In this document: positions 10,618-21,955 of the stretch, in pieces
Layout of the letters: every line of letters starts with the position of its first letter
Numbering within the stretch: position 1 is the first letter of the stretch
From: an uncultured delta proteobacterium
GTDB taxonomy: Bacteria > Desulfobacterota > WTBG01 > CAIYCZ01
Direction: 5' to 3'
Length of the DNA: 64,000 bases
Assembly: GCA_963803975.1 (NCBI GenBank)
Contig: CAWDOY010000025.1
Span: forward strand, 64,001 to 128,000
Notes under the pieces: model-generated
Told to the model about the DNA's origin: nothing
What the model saw: only the letters and a program-made list of their open reading frames with translations
Database searches by the model: none
Position numbers and translations under genes: made by a program

Positions 10618-11946
10618 ATGGGTTTGAAACAGCAGACAGGGGTTTTTCGCGCAATCAGTGTTGCCCTGCGGAAGGCAATGATTGAGGTGCCGCAGAAACT
10701 TCTCCATATTATGTTTTTGTCAATAAAACGCTTTTATCACGACAAGCGTTTACTCTGGGCAGCATCCCTTACCTACACCACCATTTTTTCACTGCTGCCG
10801 CTGCTGAGCGTTGTGTTTTTTCTGTTTAAAGTCTTCGGCGGCCTCTCTGACCTTCAGGCGCTGGTACGGCCCTACGTCTATCAAACCATTGCTCCCGGGG
10901 CGCAGGAGAAAGTGATCACCACCCTGAACAATCTGGTGGAGAGCATCAATTTCTCTACCATTGGTGCGCTCGGCACCGGGGTGCTGATTATATCGGTGAT
11001 TCTGCTCCTGAGCGAAATGGAGTATGCGCTCAATGAAATCTGGGTGACGCGTAACCGGCGGCCATTATTTTACCGCATAGCCATGTACTGGACATCGCTC
11101 ACCGTGGGGCCGCTGCTGCTGGCAGTATCACTGGTGATGATGGCCACGCTGCAAAGCAGCAATGCGCTGAAAATTATTGAAGCCTACATTAATATTGACC
11201 TCTTTTCCTGGCTTCCCTATTTTCTGGTGTGGATCGCCTTCACCGGTCTCTATGTATTCATGCCGGGCACCCGGGTGAAATTCAGAGCCGCGCTCACCGG
11301 CGGCTTTATTGCGGGAACGCTGTGGCACCTTGCCGGAAAGGCTTTTACCATATATACGACCCGGTTTGTGTTTTACTATCCCCTGATTTACGGCCCCCTC
11401 TCGGCAATACCCCTGTTCCTGCTCTGGGTCTTCATCAGCTGGATACTCTTCCTGCTGGGGGCCGAGATCGCCTACCACTATGACCATTATGCGTTCTATC
11501 AGGCGGTGTCGCATCCCGTGCGGCTGAACCATGAGGACCGTGAGCACCTGACGCTGCGCATGCTGCTTTTTATTGCCGGGCGCTACCTGCGCTCGCTGCC
11601 GCCGCCATCCCTGCAGATGATTGCGGAAGAGCTGCGCATACCGGTCCATCTGACAGAAGCGCTCACCCTGCCCCTGCGCGCCGGCGGCATTCTCGTTGAG
11701 TCATCACACCAGCAGCGAACCCTGGTTTTCGGCCGTGACCTGCGCACCATTACGGTTGCAGAAATACTCAATATGGTGCGCTGCGACTCATCCCTGCCGC
11801 CCTCGTATCACGCTGACACGGTCGGGCGGTTCCTGCAGCAGAACATCCACACCCCCTATCCTCAGGAGGCCGGTGGCATCGGTGAGAAAAACCTTAAAGA
11901 ACTGCTGCTTGAAGTGGAGCCGAAGCTTCTTCATGAAAGCCGGTGA
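10618..11946 (+). CDS. YihY/BrkB family inner-membrane protein with C-terminal winged-helix extension
   Basis: AASLTYTT+.SL+PLL, E.ALNEIW, IYG.LSAIPLFLLW+++SW+++LLGAE; start may be 10678. Confidence 0.9.
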   Translation: MGLKQQTGVFRAISVALRKAMIEVPQKLLHIMFLSIKRFYHDKRLLWAASLTYTTIFSLLPLLSVVFFLFKVFGGLSDLQALVRPYVYQTIAPGAQEKVITTLNNLVESINFSTIGALGTGVLIISVILLLSEMEYALNEIWVTRNRRPLFYRIAMYWTSLTVGPLLLAVSLVMMATLQSSNALKIIEAYINIDLFSWLPYFLVWIAFTGLYVFMPGTRVKFRAALTGGFIAGTLWHLAGKAFTIYTTRFVFYYPLIYGPLSAIPLFLLWVFISWILFLLGAEIAYHYDHYAFYQAVSHPVRLNHEDREHLTLRMLLFIAGRYLRSLPPPSLQMIAEELRIPVHLTEALTLPLRAGGILVESSHQQRTLVFGRDLRTITVAEILNMVRCDSSLPPSYHADTVGRFLQQNIHTPYPQEAGGIGEKNLKELLLEVEPKLLHESR

Positions 11947-12679
11947 GAGCATTTCTGCCGGGCTGGTGCTGGTGGGCACCGTGCATCATGACCCGCATGG
12001 CTATGATAAATTGCAGCGGGTGCTTGCTGTTGTGCAGCCTGATATTATTACTCTGGAACTGAGTCCGTATGGCCGCGGATTTCGCACCAAGCATTCCCGT
12101 AGAGCTGTCTCAGCGCATACTATCTCGAATACCAGTGGTAGCTGGGCCGGGATCAACTCTCCGGCGGCACTGGAGCATCTGCTTGCTACCATTACGTTTC
12201 CCTTTGAATACCGGGCAGTGCGGGATTATGCCGCCTCCCGCAGCGTGCCGTTCTATTGCATTGACCTTTCTCACGTTTCGCGCCACAAAGTGCGTATGCT
12301 TAAAGCAGAAGCCCTCACCGGTCGCAACATAAAAATGCTGCTCGCGCTTTCTGATAAAGAACTCCCGGATTCAGTAACTATGTGTTATAAGAGGGCCGCT
12401 GCAGTGTGGTGTGAGCATCAGGTCTGCCAGCGGCTTCCGTACCTGGCCGGCGACCCGTCGGCTGTGGAACGGGACGAGCATATGAGCAGACGGCTGCGAA
12501 ACCTTTGCAAACAATTGCCGAAGAAAACCATTGTCCACATAGCCGGCTGGGAGCACTGTGCGAACAGCGCCGGTCCGTCAAATCTGTACGGACTGCTGAG
12601 AGATCTCTGCCCGCAGCGGATCCTGCTCGATGAGGCATGGTCAGACAACCGATTGGTCCCTGACGCGCACGGGTCGTAG
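11933..12679 (+). CDS. Hypothetical protein, TraB/PrgY-like fold possible
   Basis: LVGTVH...L....PD+ITLELS, ERDEHM..RL, VH+AGWEH motifs. Confidence 0.55.
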   Translation: MKAGESISAGLVLVGTVHHDPHGYDKLQRVLAVVQPDIITLELSPYGRGFRTKHSRRAVSAHTISNTSGSWAGINSPAALEHLLATITFPFEYRAVRDYAASRSVPFYCIDLSHVSRHKVRMLKAEALTGRNIKMLLALSDKELPDSVTMCYKRAAAVWCEHQVCQRLPYLAGDPSAVERDEHMSRRLRNLCKQLPKKTIVHIAGWEHCANSAGPSNLYGLLRDLCPQRILLDEAWSDNRLVPDAHGS

Positions 12680-12761
12680 CGCTTTTATTTTCCGTAACGC
12701 TTAAAAGCTGATTGCTGAGAGCTGACAGCTGATAGCTACATACTACGAAAGGATTGATTAC

Positions 12762-13761
12762 ATGGAGCACAAACCCGTTTACATAAAAGACATCAAGGAG
12801 AAGACCCCGGTGGAAGGCACCTTCCTGGTGAGAGATAAAAATCAGGGCATGAAAAAAAGCGGCAGCCCGTATATCGGCCTGATACTTTCCGACAGGACCG
12901 GTGAGGTGAAGGCGCGCATCTGGGATGATGCGGAAAAATGGGGAAACCTGTTCAGCGAGGGGGACATAATAAAAGTGTCGGCCTGGGCAATACTCTATCA
13001 GGGGTCACTGCAGCTCAATATTACGCGCATTGAGCCGTGTGCAGGGGGCAATCTGGAGGTGTACGATTTTCTGCCGGCCTCACGCATTGACCGGGAGGCG
13101 GCCTTTCAGGAACTGCTCTCATGCATTGACCGGATAGACACTGCCCCGGTCCGGGAGCTTCTGCACAGCGTGTTTGATGACCCGGCGCTGGCGCCCCTGT
13201 TTAAAACGGCTCCGGCGGCAAAAACCCTGCACCACGCCTGTGTCGGCGGCCTGCTGGAGCACACCCTGCAGGTCACGCGGCTCGCCTGGGATGTCTCAGC
13301 GCATTATCCGCACGTGAACCGCGACCTGCTCCTTGCCGGCGCCATGCTCCATGACATTGGCAAAATTTATGAGCTCTCCTGCCGCAACACCTTTGACTAT
13401 ACTGATCAGGGCCGGCTGATAGGCCATATTACCATCGGCGTTGAGATTATCGGCGGCAAAATCGCGCTCATTCCTGAATTCCCTGACGTCGCTCGCGCTC
13501 ATCCTGAAGCACCTGATTCTGAGCCACCACGGGGAGTACATCTTTGCCTCACCGCGTCGCCCGAAAACCCTTGAGGCCCTCCTGCTCAACTATCTGGATG
13601 ACCTTGATTCTAAAATGGAGGGGGTGCGCCAGTTTATTCAGAAAGAAAAAAAGCCGGACACAAAGTGGACCGGCTATAATAAACTTTTTGACCGCTATAT
13701 CTACACGGAAACATTTGTTGCGGATGAGAGCGAGAGCGAAGTGCGTGATGACCAGGAGTAA
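12762..13761 (+). CDS. YhaM/CBF1-like 3'-5' exoribonuclease (OB-fold + HD domain); indel near 13490
   Basis: L.DRTGE+.ARIWD, PAAK.LHHA..GGLLEHTL, LHDIGK, ILSHHG..E, P.T.EA.+L.YLDDLDSK. Confidence 0.9.
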
Positions 13762-14171
13762 AACAATACGGCTTATTTTTAAAATTGCTGATTTAAACTG
13801 ACCGTTTCGATCACAACATCTCTACTACATCTGTCAATGGTACACTTCATGATGAAGTCATCAATGAATTTAAACTGCTAAACTTCTATCGCTGTTGATA
13901 CATAAGCTGCACTTTTTTCTTTTTCTGCTCATACAATATCTTGATGATCTACTATTTTCGCTATCTACCCTACCTGTTTTTGTTGCACCATTTATAAATT
14001 GTTTAAATTAGAAATGTTTAAAAACCCCGCTGTAATAGTTCTTGAGTTTTATGAATAATTAGATTAATTTTTGCAAAAATAAATAAGCCAAAACCCTCAG
14101 AGCATTTACTAATTAAACTTTCCCAGGGAGGGGCATAGTGATTTTTGGTGTTAAGGGTTGAATGAGTCAAT

Positions 14172-14214
14172 AACCGCCTTCAGGTTGGTCAATACCTGCT
14201 GGCGGTTTTTTATT
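14172..14214 (+). terminator. Terminator-like hairpin in the 5' leader of the lipoprotein gene (possible attenuator)
   Basis: AACCGCC-tt-CAGGT...ACCTG-ct-GGCGGTT stem + T run, ~15 nt before the GAGGAG RBS of 14240. Confidence 0.6.
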
Positions 14215-14239
14215 ACTAAACACAAAAGAGGAGAAATCT

Positions 14240-15040
14240 ATGAAGTCTTGTAAAAAGATGTTTTTATTGATGTGCTGTGTCCTGCCTCTATATTTTGCGG
14301 GATGCAAACCTGTTGTCACAATAATTGAGCCCGTCAATGGAGACAAGTTTAAAGTTGGTGAAACAATAATCTTCGAGGGAAAGGCTACTGATCGGGAGCA
14401 TCCGAACCTCGCCGACAACGCATTTGTGTGGACATCTGACAAAGATGGAGAGATTGGAACCGGACCCTCGATTGAGTCATCTGGTCTTTCAGAAGGAAGA
14501 CATACCATTACCCTGACCGTTACGGACCCCGCCGGCCAGTCAGGACAAAGTGGCGTTACAATCACTATTGGCAATGGCAATGGTGTCCTACAACGACCAC
14601 TACCATTTGTAATATCGTTCCTCCAGCAGGGCCGGTAACGCCAAGCCCCGGTAAATTCTCCAACCCAAACTTATGTGCTTTGCCCCAGCTATAATTCCGA
14701 ATGTTTAGGTGCCGATTGCTGCGATGATAGTTGCCAATTCAATCAGATACTACCGTGTAAACAGTATGTTGGTACTACTTGTACCTTAGGGTGTGAGGAT
14801 AGTGCTGGGTATCATTCAGCAATTTTCGGAGACGATGAAACGGCGTGGATAACTTATCCAGGCGAATGGGAGTTCAAAATAATAAAACAACTACAAACAT
14901 GAGTTTGTGATTGTACAGACCCAGGCCTATGTCCCAATCCAAGTGCTTGCTGGTGTAATCAGTATTGTGCAGAGGGAGCAGTGTGCGGAGATGAAGAAAT
15001 TAGTATAAAGTTTACCATTATAGACTGCGGTGGCTTTTAA
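14240..15040 (+). CDS. Lipoprotein: Ig-like/PKD domain + Thr-rich linker + Cys-rich C-terminal region; indels and an in-frame TGA at 14900
   Basis: Lipobox FAG-C; F.G.A.D.E......WTSD.DG.+GTG...L..G.H.ITLTVTD; PTTTTTIC linker; Cys-rich frames continue to TAA 15040. Confidence 0.6.
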
Positions 15041-15078
15041 AATCTGATTGCGCGGATTACAGAAGCGCAGCAATCAAT

Positions 15079-15714
15079 ATGAATATTTCCGCAAAGATTT
15101 CCTGGTCCGGACGGTTGATAGCTGTTCAGCCGCGTATTCGACTGCTGCGTTCATTTGATCAGCGAAACCATAACTACCTTGGATTTGTGTTACTTGTTTC
15201 AGGAGTTGTTGATAGTCAGGAACGGGAGTTTTTAGTGGGAATTGGAAAAGCAGCTCAGGCAAAATATCAATTTAAAGCTGGTGATATAGTCAGGGCAGAT
15301 GCGTATCCTGTCGCTGATAGTCGCACAGAAGTGGTAGAGTTCTATAAGACCAGCAAACTGGAAATCATTAAGCAATTCGGTCCTGCCGTTATTACCCCTC
15401 CTCCATGGATTGGTATCCCGCCTGACCTAGAAAGCTATCGCCAGCGAGGCCATCGGCGCCTTGATCCCCGGACGTATGCCTCCCATTGCAGGCAATGTAT
15501 CTGGGGCTGTCTCATGCCGGTTGAGATGATTATCGACCAGTGGAAGCCTGATACAAAACAATACCGGACTGAAACCTTCTGTTATGGCCCTAAATCCTGT
15601 GAGTTATATAAAGCCGGGACAACACGGAAAGTTCCCGGCCGTAAAGGGATGACATGGGAAGAGGAGGACTGGGTTGATGAGGATGCGGTTGCGCATCGCG
15701 GGGTGGATGATTAA
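15079..15714 (+). CDS. Hypothetical protein with putative metal-binding Cys cluster
   Basis: 211-aa ORF; YR.RGHRRL...TY...C..C.WGC.MPVEMI.D.W...ETFCYGPKSC. Confidence 0.7.
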   Translation: MNISAKISWSGRLIAVQPRIRLLRSFDQRNHNYLGFVLLVSGVVDSQEREFLVGIGKAAQAKYQFKAGDIVRADAYPVADSRTEVVEFYKTSKLEIIKQFGPAVITPPPWIGIPPDLESYRQRGHRRLDPRTYASHCRQCIWGCLMPVEMIIDQWKPDTKQYRTETFCYGPKSCELYKAGTTRKVPGRKGMTWEEEDWVDEDAVAHRGVDD

Positions 15715-15849
15715 TTGAGCATAGCGCCAAGGGCTTTCAGGGAGGTTTTTCAAGGAGGGATATTCTTTGAGCGAGCATAGAGGAGGAGGGAAATTTGGGA
15801 AAGTGCAAAATTCCTGGCCGTTCGTGAAATTGACGATAAAAAGAGGGGT

Positions 15850-15884
15850 AAAGGCAGAAACTAAACTGGTTTCTGCCTTTTTTT
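15850..15884 (+). terminator. Intrinsic terminator
   Basis: AAAGGCAGAAAC...GTTTCTGCCTTT + T run. Confidence 0.7.
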
Positions 15885-15977
15885 AGCTCCCCGACAGAAT
15901 TGATTAGGATACTGTTAAACTCCCAGTGTAGTTTAAACGAACAGTTGATTATTGATATGCTGTAGGATTACGCAAGT

Positions 15978-16253
15978 ATGACTGCATTGGATGAAAAACC
16001 AAAAAAAAGACATGATATTGTATCGCATGAACTTGGGGATGAAGTGATGTTATATGATGCTGTGCACGAAAAAGTTCATGTATTGAATCATACAGGTTAT
16101 TTTATTTGGAAACTCTGTGATGTCACCCGTACCTTAACAGACATGATGGAAAAAATGCGTAGCCTATTTCCACAAACTTCTGAATCAACTATTCAGAATG
16201 ATATTGAATTAGCAATGAAAGATTTTAGACAAAATAATTTATTAGGAACATAG
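15978..16253 (+). CDS. PqqD-family / RiPP recognition element protein
   Basis: ELGDEVMLYD....VHVLN.TG.FIW.LCD..RT...+...+...F......+..D+...+..F....LL pattern, 91 aa. Confidence 0.85.
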   Translation: MTALDEKPKKRHDIVSHELGDEVMLYDAVHEKVHVLNHTGYFIWKLCDVTRTLTDMMEKMRSLFPQTSESTIQNDIELAMKDFRQNNLLGT

Positions 16254-16270
16254 TGGCTAATATAACTTAC

Positions 16271-16303
16271 AGGGCAGAATCAGCAATGGTTTTGCCCTTT
16301 GTT
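16271..16303 (+). terminator. Terminator-like hairpin after pqqD-like gene
   Basis: AGGGCAGAAT...GTTTTGCCCT + TT. Confidence 0.55.
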
Positions 16304-16481
16304 TTAAGCCCACATATTGTGGTTACTGGTTAAGCACAATATGTGAATACTTCTGTTATTAGCGCAACAATTCTCACTGCTTAAACAATTCACCACTTCA
16401 TTAAGAAGTTATCTCTAATATGTCAGATCGAGTTCAAATTACTGCTAAACTGCTGTCATCTTCAATCTAAGGTATTACAGC

Positions 16482-19195
16482 TTATTTCTTCATCTTCTTA
16501 AGCGTCAGCGCTTCCCGCACCAGCCGCAGAATATCATCCACCGTGAACGGCTTGTTAAGGATATGGTCGACGCTGCTCTTCTCCATGTCATCCTTATCCA
16601 GGTTAATGCCCCAGCCCGTTATGAGGGCAACTGCTACATCCGGGGCTATCTTCTTTACTGCTGTTGCCACCTCCCACCCTGACATGCCCGGCATGCCGAG
16701 ATCGGTAAAGACCATGTCAAATGCACTGCTCGCGAAGATCTCCAGCCCTTGCCTGCCATCCCTGGCTGCAGCCACCTCGTGGCCGTGTATGGTCAAAATG
16801 TCGCACAGCAGTTCCCGCACATCTTCTTCATCATCTATAACGAGAATTGATGCTTTGTCTGCGTCACGTACTGCCTGCGCCGGCTCCACCCGTGATGCTT
16901 TCTCAATCTCCTTCAAGGGAAATTTTATGGTAAAAACCGTACCGCTTCCCTCCCTGCTCTCAACGGCAATAGTCCCCTGATGCCTGGTGATAATACCGTA
17001 TGATACGCTCATGCCCAGGCCGGTGGACTGAGGTCCCTTGGTGGTGAAAAACGGGTCAAAAATGCGCTCCACAACATGGGGCGGCATGCCGCCGCCGGTA
17101 TCGGTCAGCCGCAGGCACACATGCGTATGTTCCTTAAACGTCTCGACCCTGATGGTTCCTCCCCCGGGCATGGCATCAAGAGAATTGTTGATGAGATTGG
17201 TGAGCACCTCGCGAAGCTCTGCCGGGCTGCCCAGAATTGGCGGCACATCTGACAGCTGTTTAACAATGGTGAAATGTATGCCCTTGAGCTCCGCATTATC
17301 CTTCCACCGGACGCGGGTAAAATCAAGCGCATGCGCAACAACTTCATTGATATCAACCGCAACAGCGTCCTTATCATCAGGCCTGATGCGGGCGAATTCC
17401 TGAATGCGTCTCACGGTTTCAGCGCCGTCAGCTGCTGCCCGCTCAATCACTTCAAGACCCTGCTGTAATTCATGGTACGCTTTGCGGCGCTCTGAGCCGG
17501 CGAACTCATCCAAATGCATCCGCAGCAGCTGCGCCCGTCCCAGTATGGCGGCAAGGACATTGTTAAAATCATGGGCAACGCCACCGGCCAGTTCCCCCAG
17601 GTCCCGCAGTTTTTCCGCCTGCAGCAGTTTTGTTTCCATGGAGCGCTGCTCGGTAACATCCACGCCGGTTTCAAGCACGCCAATAACCCTGCCCTCGGTA
17701 TCTTTAAGCTGCGTGCCCCGGGTAAATAGTATTTTTTCTTCGCCGCTTTTGGTGGTAATGAACTGGTGGTAGGGACTCACCGCAGCGCCGCCGCTTATCT
17801 CCTGGGTCATTTTCGCAAATGCCTCGCTGTCCATGCGCATGGGAATGGTTTTGAGCAGCTCTTTCCCCAGCACTTCGTCCCTGCTGTAGCCGGTCACTTC
17901 CTCGGCCTTGCGGTTAAAAAGAATCACCTGGTCTTCAAGATCAAGGGCAATGATGATCACATCGGCGGTCTCGATGATGGTCCGGGTAAACTCTTTTTCC
18001 CGCTGCAGCGCTTCATCAGCTCGCCTGCGCTCCGATATGTCCCGCACGATACAGGAAAAGAAGACGTCGCTTTGAGCCTTCCAGGTGGCAAAGGACATCT
18101 CGGCGGGGAACTCCTCGCCGCTCTTTCTGAGCCCGGTAAACTCAAAAGAGATGCCGCCGATATCAAACTCTCCCGTCGTTACGACCCGCTCTAATCCGCC
18201 CTGCATATATTCGTGGTAGCGCTCAGGAATGATCAGCGTAAGCGGCTTTCCCAGCATCTCAGCCGGCGCATAGCCAAAAACTGTTTCAGCAGCATTATTC
18301 CAGAATAGTACGATCCCCTTGCTGTCAATGCAGATAATCGGGTCGCTGGCGCTCGTGGCAAGCGCGCTGAAGCGCTCTTCGCTTTCCTGCCGGGCGTCCT
18401 CGGATTGCTTCTGTTCGGAAATATCGCGGGCATTAATGACTATCAACAGCTGTCCCGCTTCATCTGCAACCGCCCTGCCGACACCATGAAGCGTTCGCCA
18501 TGAACCGTCCTTATGCATGCACCGGCAGCTGGCGTTATGGATGGACCCCGGGTTTTGCAAGGCGCTGCCGAGGGCGGTGAGTACCGCGTTATGATCATCG
18601 GGATGGATAAACCCGAGAACATTCTGACCGAGCACTTCCTCAGAGGTTCGTCCGAGCATCTGTTCTGAGGCGGGGCTTACGTACTGCAGCGTTCCGCTGC
18701 TGTCGACGGTGATAATCAGGTCTGTTGAATTCTCCAATAGCAGACGCAGGCGCTGTGTGCTTTGTGCCGCAACTGACTCAAGCCGCATGCGCTCTGAGAC
18801 GTCGCGCACAACGCCGATATAATAATTTTGATTATCAACCGTGTGGATGGACTGGGAAACTTCAGCAGGAAATTCCTCACCGTTTTTTCTCACGCCGATA
18901 GACGTAAATTGTTTTACCAAACTTCGTTGCGTCGCCAGCCTGAAGGCGATCATCAAATTGTCCCTCTACCCTTTTCCGGTTTCGTTCCGGCAGGAGAATG
19001 TTTGCATCAGCTCCGGCTAATTTCATCTTCACTATACCCGTAAATAGCCTCTGCCCCCTTGTTCCAGAAGATAATATGCATGCTGTCATCGACAATAATA
19101 ATTGCTTCCGGTGCTGCGTCAACCAGCGATAGAAACAGTTCCTCCCGGCCGCGCATTAATTTCCTGATAAAATAGTTTCCCTTATGAACTGCCAT
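16482..19195 (-). CDS. Multi-PAS hybrid sensor histidine kinase with C-terminal receiver; N-terminal indels
   Basis: Four PAS-like domains, AGGVAHDFNN H-box, NL+.NS.DAM, FDPFFTTK, TGLGMS, VFTDLGMPGMSG receiver. Confidence 0.93.
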
Positions 19196-19276
19196 GCTCT
19201 CCCTCTGGACGAGAGTATTATAATAATTGCGTTCCGGTGCAGTTTTGCCGTCACGTTATCGAACGGCTGCATATCT

Positions 19277-19954
19277 TTAAACAATCACCGTGCGTTTAAT
19301 GGTCTTCACCACATCATCGGGATTATCAAGGATGGTGACCAGTTCCAGATCATCGGGTGAAATAAGCGTGCGCGCCAGCAGCGTATCTTCAATCCACTTC
19401 CAGAGCGGCTGCCAGTAGTCAGAGCCAAACAGGATGACCGGAAATGGTTTGATGCGCTTGGTTTGAATCAGGGTGATTGCTTCAAATATTTCATCAAGGG
19501 TCCCGAACCCGCCCGGCATACCCACATAGGCCTGGGCATATTTAACGAACATCACCTTGCGCACAAAAAAATATTTAAAGCTGAGGCGTATATCCGCGTA
19601 GGCATTCGGCTCCTGCTCCATGGGCAAATGGATATTGAGGCCCACAGACTTGCCGCCGCCTTCCCGGGCACCTTTATTCCCCGCTTCCATTACGCCGGGA
19701 CCGCCGCCGGTTATTATATGATACCCGTTTTCCGCCAGTTTGCGCGCGATCTCTACGGTCTTTTCATAGGTATCGTCACCGGGCCGGACCCGGGCTGAGC
19801 CAAAGATGGAAACACACGGATAGATATCAGACAATGTTTCAAAACCTTCAACAAACTCGGCCATGATCTTGAACAGGCGCCAGGTGTCCATCACCGTAAT
19901 CGCATCAACGACGTATTGTTTCTCAACCATTCTTTTATCCTTCATCTCGTTCAT
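19277..19954 (-). CDS. LOG-family (TIGR00730) nucleotide-binding protein
   Basis: VSIFGSAR, ITGGGPGVMEAGNKGA, FKYFFVRKVMFVKY, PGGFGTLDE. Confidence 0.93.
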   Translation of the reverse strand: MNEMKDKRMVEKQYVVDAITVMDTWRLFKIMAEFVEGFETLSDIYPCVSIFGSARVRPGDDTYEKTVEIARKLAENGYHIITGGGPGVMEAGNKGAREGGGKSVGLNIHLPMEQEPNAYADIRLSFKYFFVRKVMFVKYAQAYVGMPGGFGTLDEIFEAITLIQTKRIKPFPVILFGSDYWQPLWKWIEDTLLARTLISPDDLELVTILDNPDDVVKTIKRTVIV

Positions 19955-19962
19955 ATGCCTTG

Positions 19963-21355
19963 TTACTCCAGATCAAAGCTTTCATTAAATTTTGGAATCA
20001 CTACCTTCCACCCCAGCCGGGCTTTTATTTTTTCTGCAAGTGCCGTTGAAGCATCAGCCTCACCGTGCACAATGAATGTTTTCAGCGGCGGACGGTTGAA
20101 TCCCATGAGCCAGGCAAGGGTCTCGTTGTAATCCGCATGCGCTGAAAATCCCGAGATGTTTTCAATCTGAGCCCGCACCGGTATTTCCAAGCCATGAATC
20201 TTGACCAGCGGTTTTCCCTCCAGCAGCGCCCTGCCGCGGGTTCCTTCTGCCTGGTAGCCGATAAACAGCACGGTATTGTTTTGATTGGGCAGCCGGTGCT
20301 CCAGATGGTGGAGGATGCGGCCGCCATCCGCCATCCCGCTCGCGGAAATGATGATGGCCCTGCCCGGTATTTTATGCAGGGCTTTTGACTGCTCCGCATC
20401 CTTTAAAAACTGTACCCGGCTGGTCTCAAAAATATGCTTTCCATTCAAAGCAAGAATCCGGGCCTTAAGGTCAAAGTCTCCGATATATTTTTTGAATATC
20501 TCGGTAGCATTAACCGCCATGGGAGAATCAACATACACCGGGACTGAGGGTATTTTCTTTTGCTCTTCCAGCTCCCGGATAAAAAAGAGCAGCTCCTGGG
20601 TGCGGCCCACGGCAAAAGAGGGAACCACAAGGACCCCGCCCCGCTGCATGCTTTCATTAATGACCCGCGCCAGTTCCTCCTCTGGCGGCACCTCGCCGTG
20701 CAGCCGGTTGCCGTAGGTTGATTCCAGCACCAGGTAGTCAACCTCATGCACCTGGACCGGGTCCCACAATATGGGCTGGGACGGCCTGCCCAGGTCGCCG
20801 CTGAATAATGATCCGTCTGATCTTGTCACGGTAGGTGGTCTTGACGTCTATAAACGACGAGCCGAGGATATGTCCGGCATCTTTAAATTTTATGCGCAGG
20901 CTCTCGGTCAGGAATATATCTTCACCGTAATAATGCGGGGTAAAGTGGGCGAGCGCCTTTTCCGCATCCTGCTGCCGTATACAGGGGAAGTGCGGGAGAG
21001 TGCTTTGAAAAGCCCTTCTTGTTTGCCCAGCGGGCATCTTCCTCCTGGAGATGGGCGCTGTCCCGCAGCATGATATCGCACAGGTCCTGGGTGGCATAGG
21101 TGCAGTGTATGCGGCCGTTAAAGCCCTGCTGGCACAGCCGGGGAATATATCCCGAGTGGTCGATATGGGCATGGGTGAGCAGCACCGCATCAATAGTTGC
21201 CGGCGCAATGGGAAAGGCCTCCCAGTTCCTGAGCCGGTTCTCTTTCAGGCCCTGGAATAAACCGCAATCAATGAGCAGCTGTTTTTCAGGTGTTTTTAAA
21301 TGAAACCGCGAGCCGGTAACGTGCCGGTGGAGCCGAGAAAAGTGAGTGTTGACAT
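19963..21355 (-). CDS. MBL-fold / beta-CASP metallo-hydrolase (RNA-processing type); indels
   Basis: [61 protein letters not shown]. Confidence 0.92.
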
Positions 21356-21530
21356 GTGAATCACCTCTGCAGGGTTTATGTATGAAGGACGTGAATGAGA
21401 GCTATACGTGTTCTGTTTTTTTGTGGATAATACTGGAAAGATGCTTACTAATCAAGCGGGAAATAGATGCCCGGGATAGATGCAACGCGAGGCATCTTCA
21501 GTGAGGGTAGAACGTGAGGTTGTCAGGCAG

Positions 21531-21836
21531 CTATGATTTTTTTAACTTTTTCTGGACGGATTGTACCTTGTCGCCCATCTGCACCTTCCGGTCGCGGCGG
21601 TCATCAAGCTTGATGGTGGTGTAGACACGCTGAGCACCCTGGTTAAAGGGTGTTTCATGCATTTTCCTGATAACCGCCAATACGTCTTCAAGGCTGCCCT
21701 CGATGATGGTGCCCATCGGGGTGAGCTGAAATGAGAGCCCTGATTTCTGCAGCTCTGCAATGGCGCCGGCCACATATTCACTGACGCTCACGCTGCCGGT
21801 CCCCAGCGGGACAACGCTCACTTCTGCAATGGCCAT
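21531..21836 (-). CDS. MTH1187/YkoF-like thiamine-binding protein
   Basis: AEVSVVPLGTG..SVS.YVA, LTPMGT+IEG, RVYT.IK+DDRRD. Confidence 0.9.
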   Translation of the reverse strand: MAIAEVSVVPLGTGSVSVSEYVAGAIAELQKSGLSFQLTPMGTIIEGSLEDVLAVIRKMHETPFNQGAQRVYTTIKLDDRRDRKVQMGDKVQSVQKKLKKS

Positions 21837-21842
21837 ACTAAA

Positions 21843-21955
21843 CTCGTGGTTCGTGTCTCGGGGTTCGGGACTCGTGAAAAGGCCAAAAGGCTAAAAGACT
21901 AAGAGGTCAAAAGACCTATTCACCTATTCCTATTACCTATTTACCTGCTTTACCT
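21843..21955. repeat. Mosaic 7/8-mer tandem array
   Basis: (CTCGTGG/TTCGGGA)n + (AAAAGGCT)n + (TATTCACC)n. Confidence 0.8.

Noticed and set aside
15720..16350. Integron attC sites or a tRNA-derived att site around pqqD
   Set aside because: The hairpins lack RYYYAAC/GTTRRRY ends and look like terminators. The TAGCTCCCCG similarity to a tRNA end is too short.
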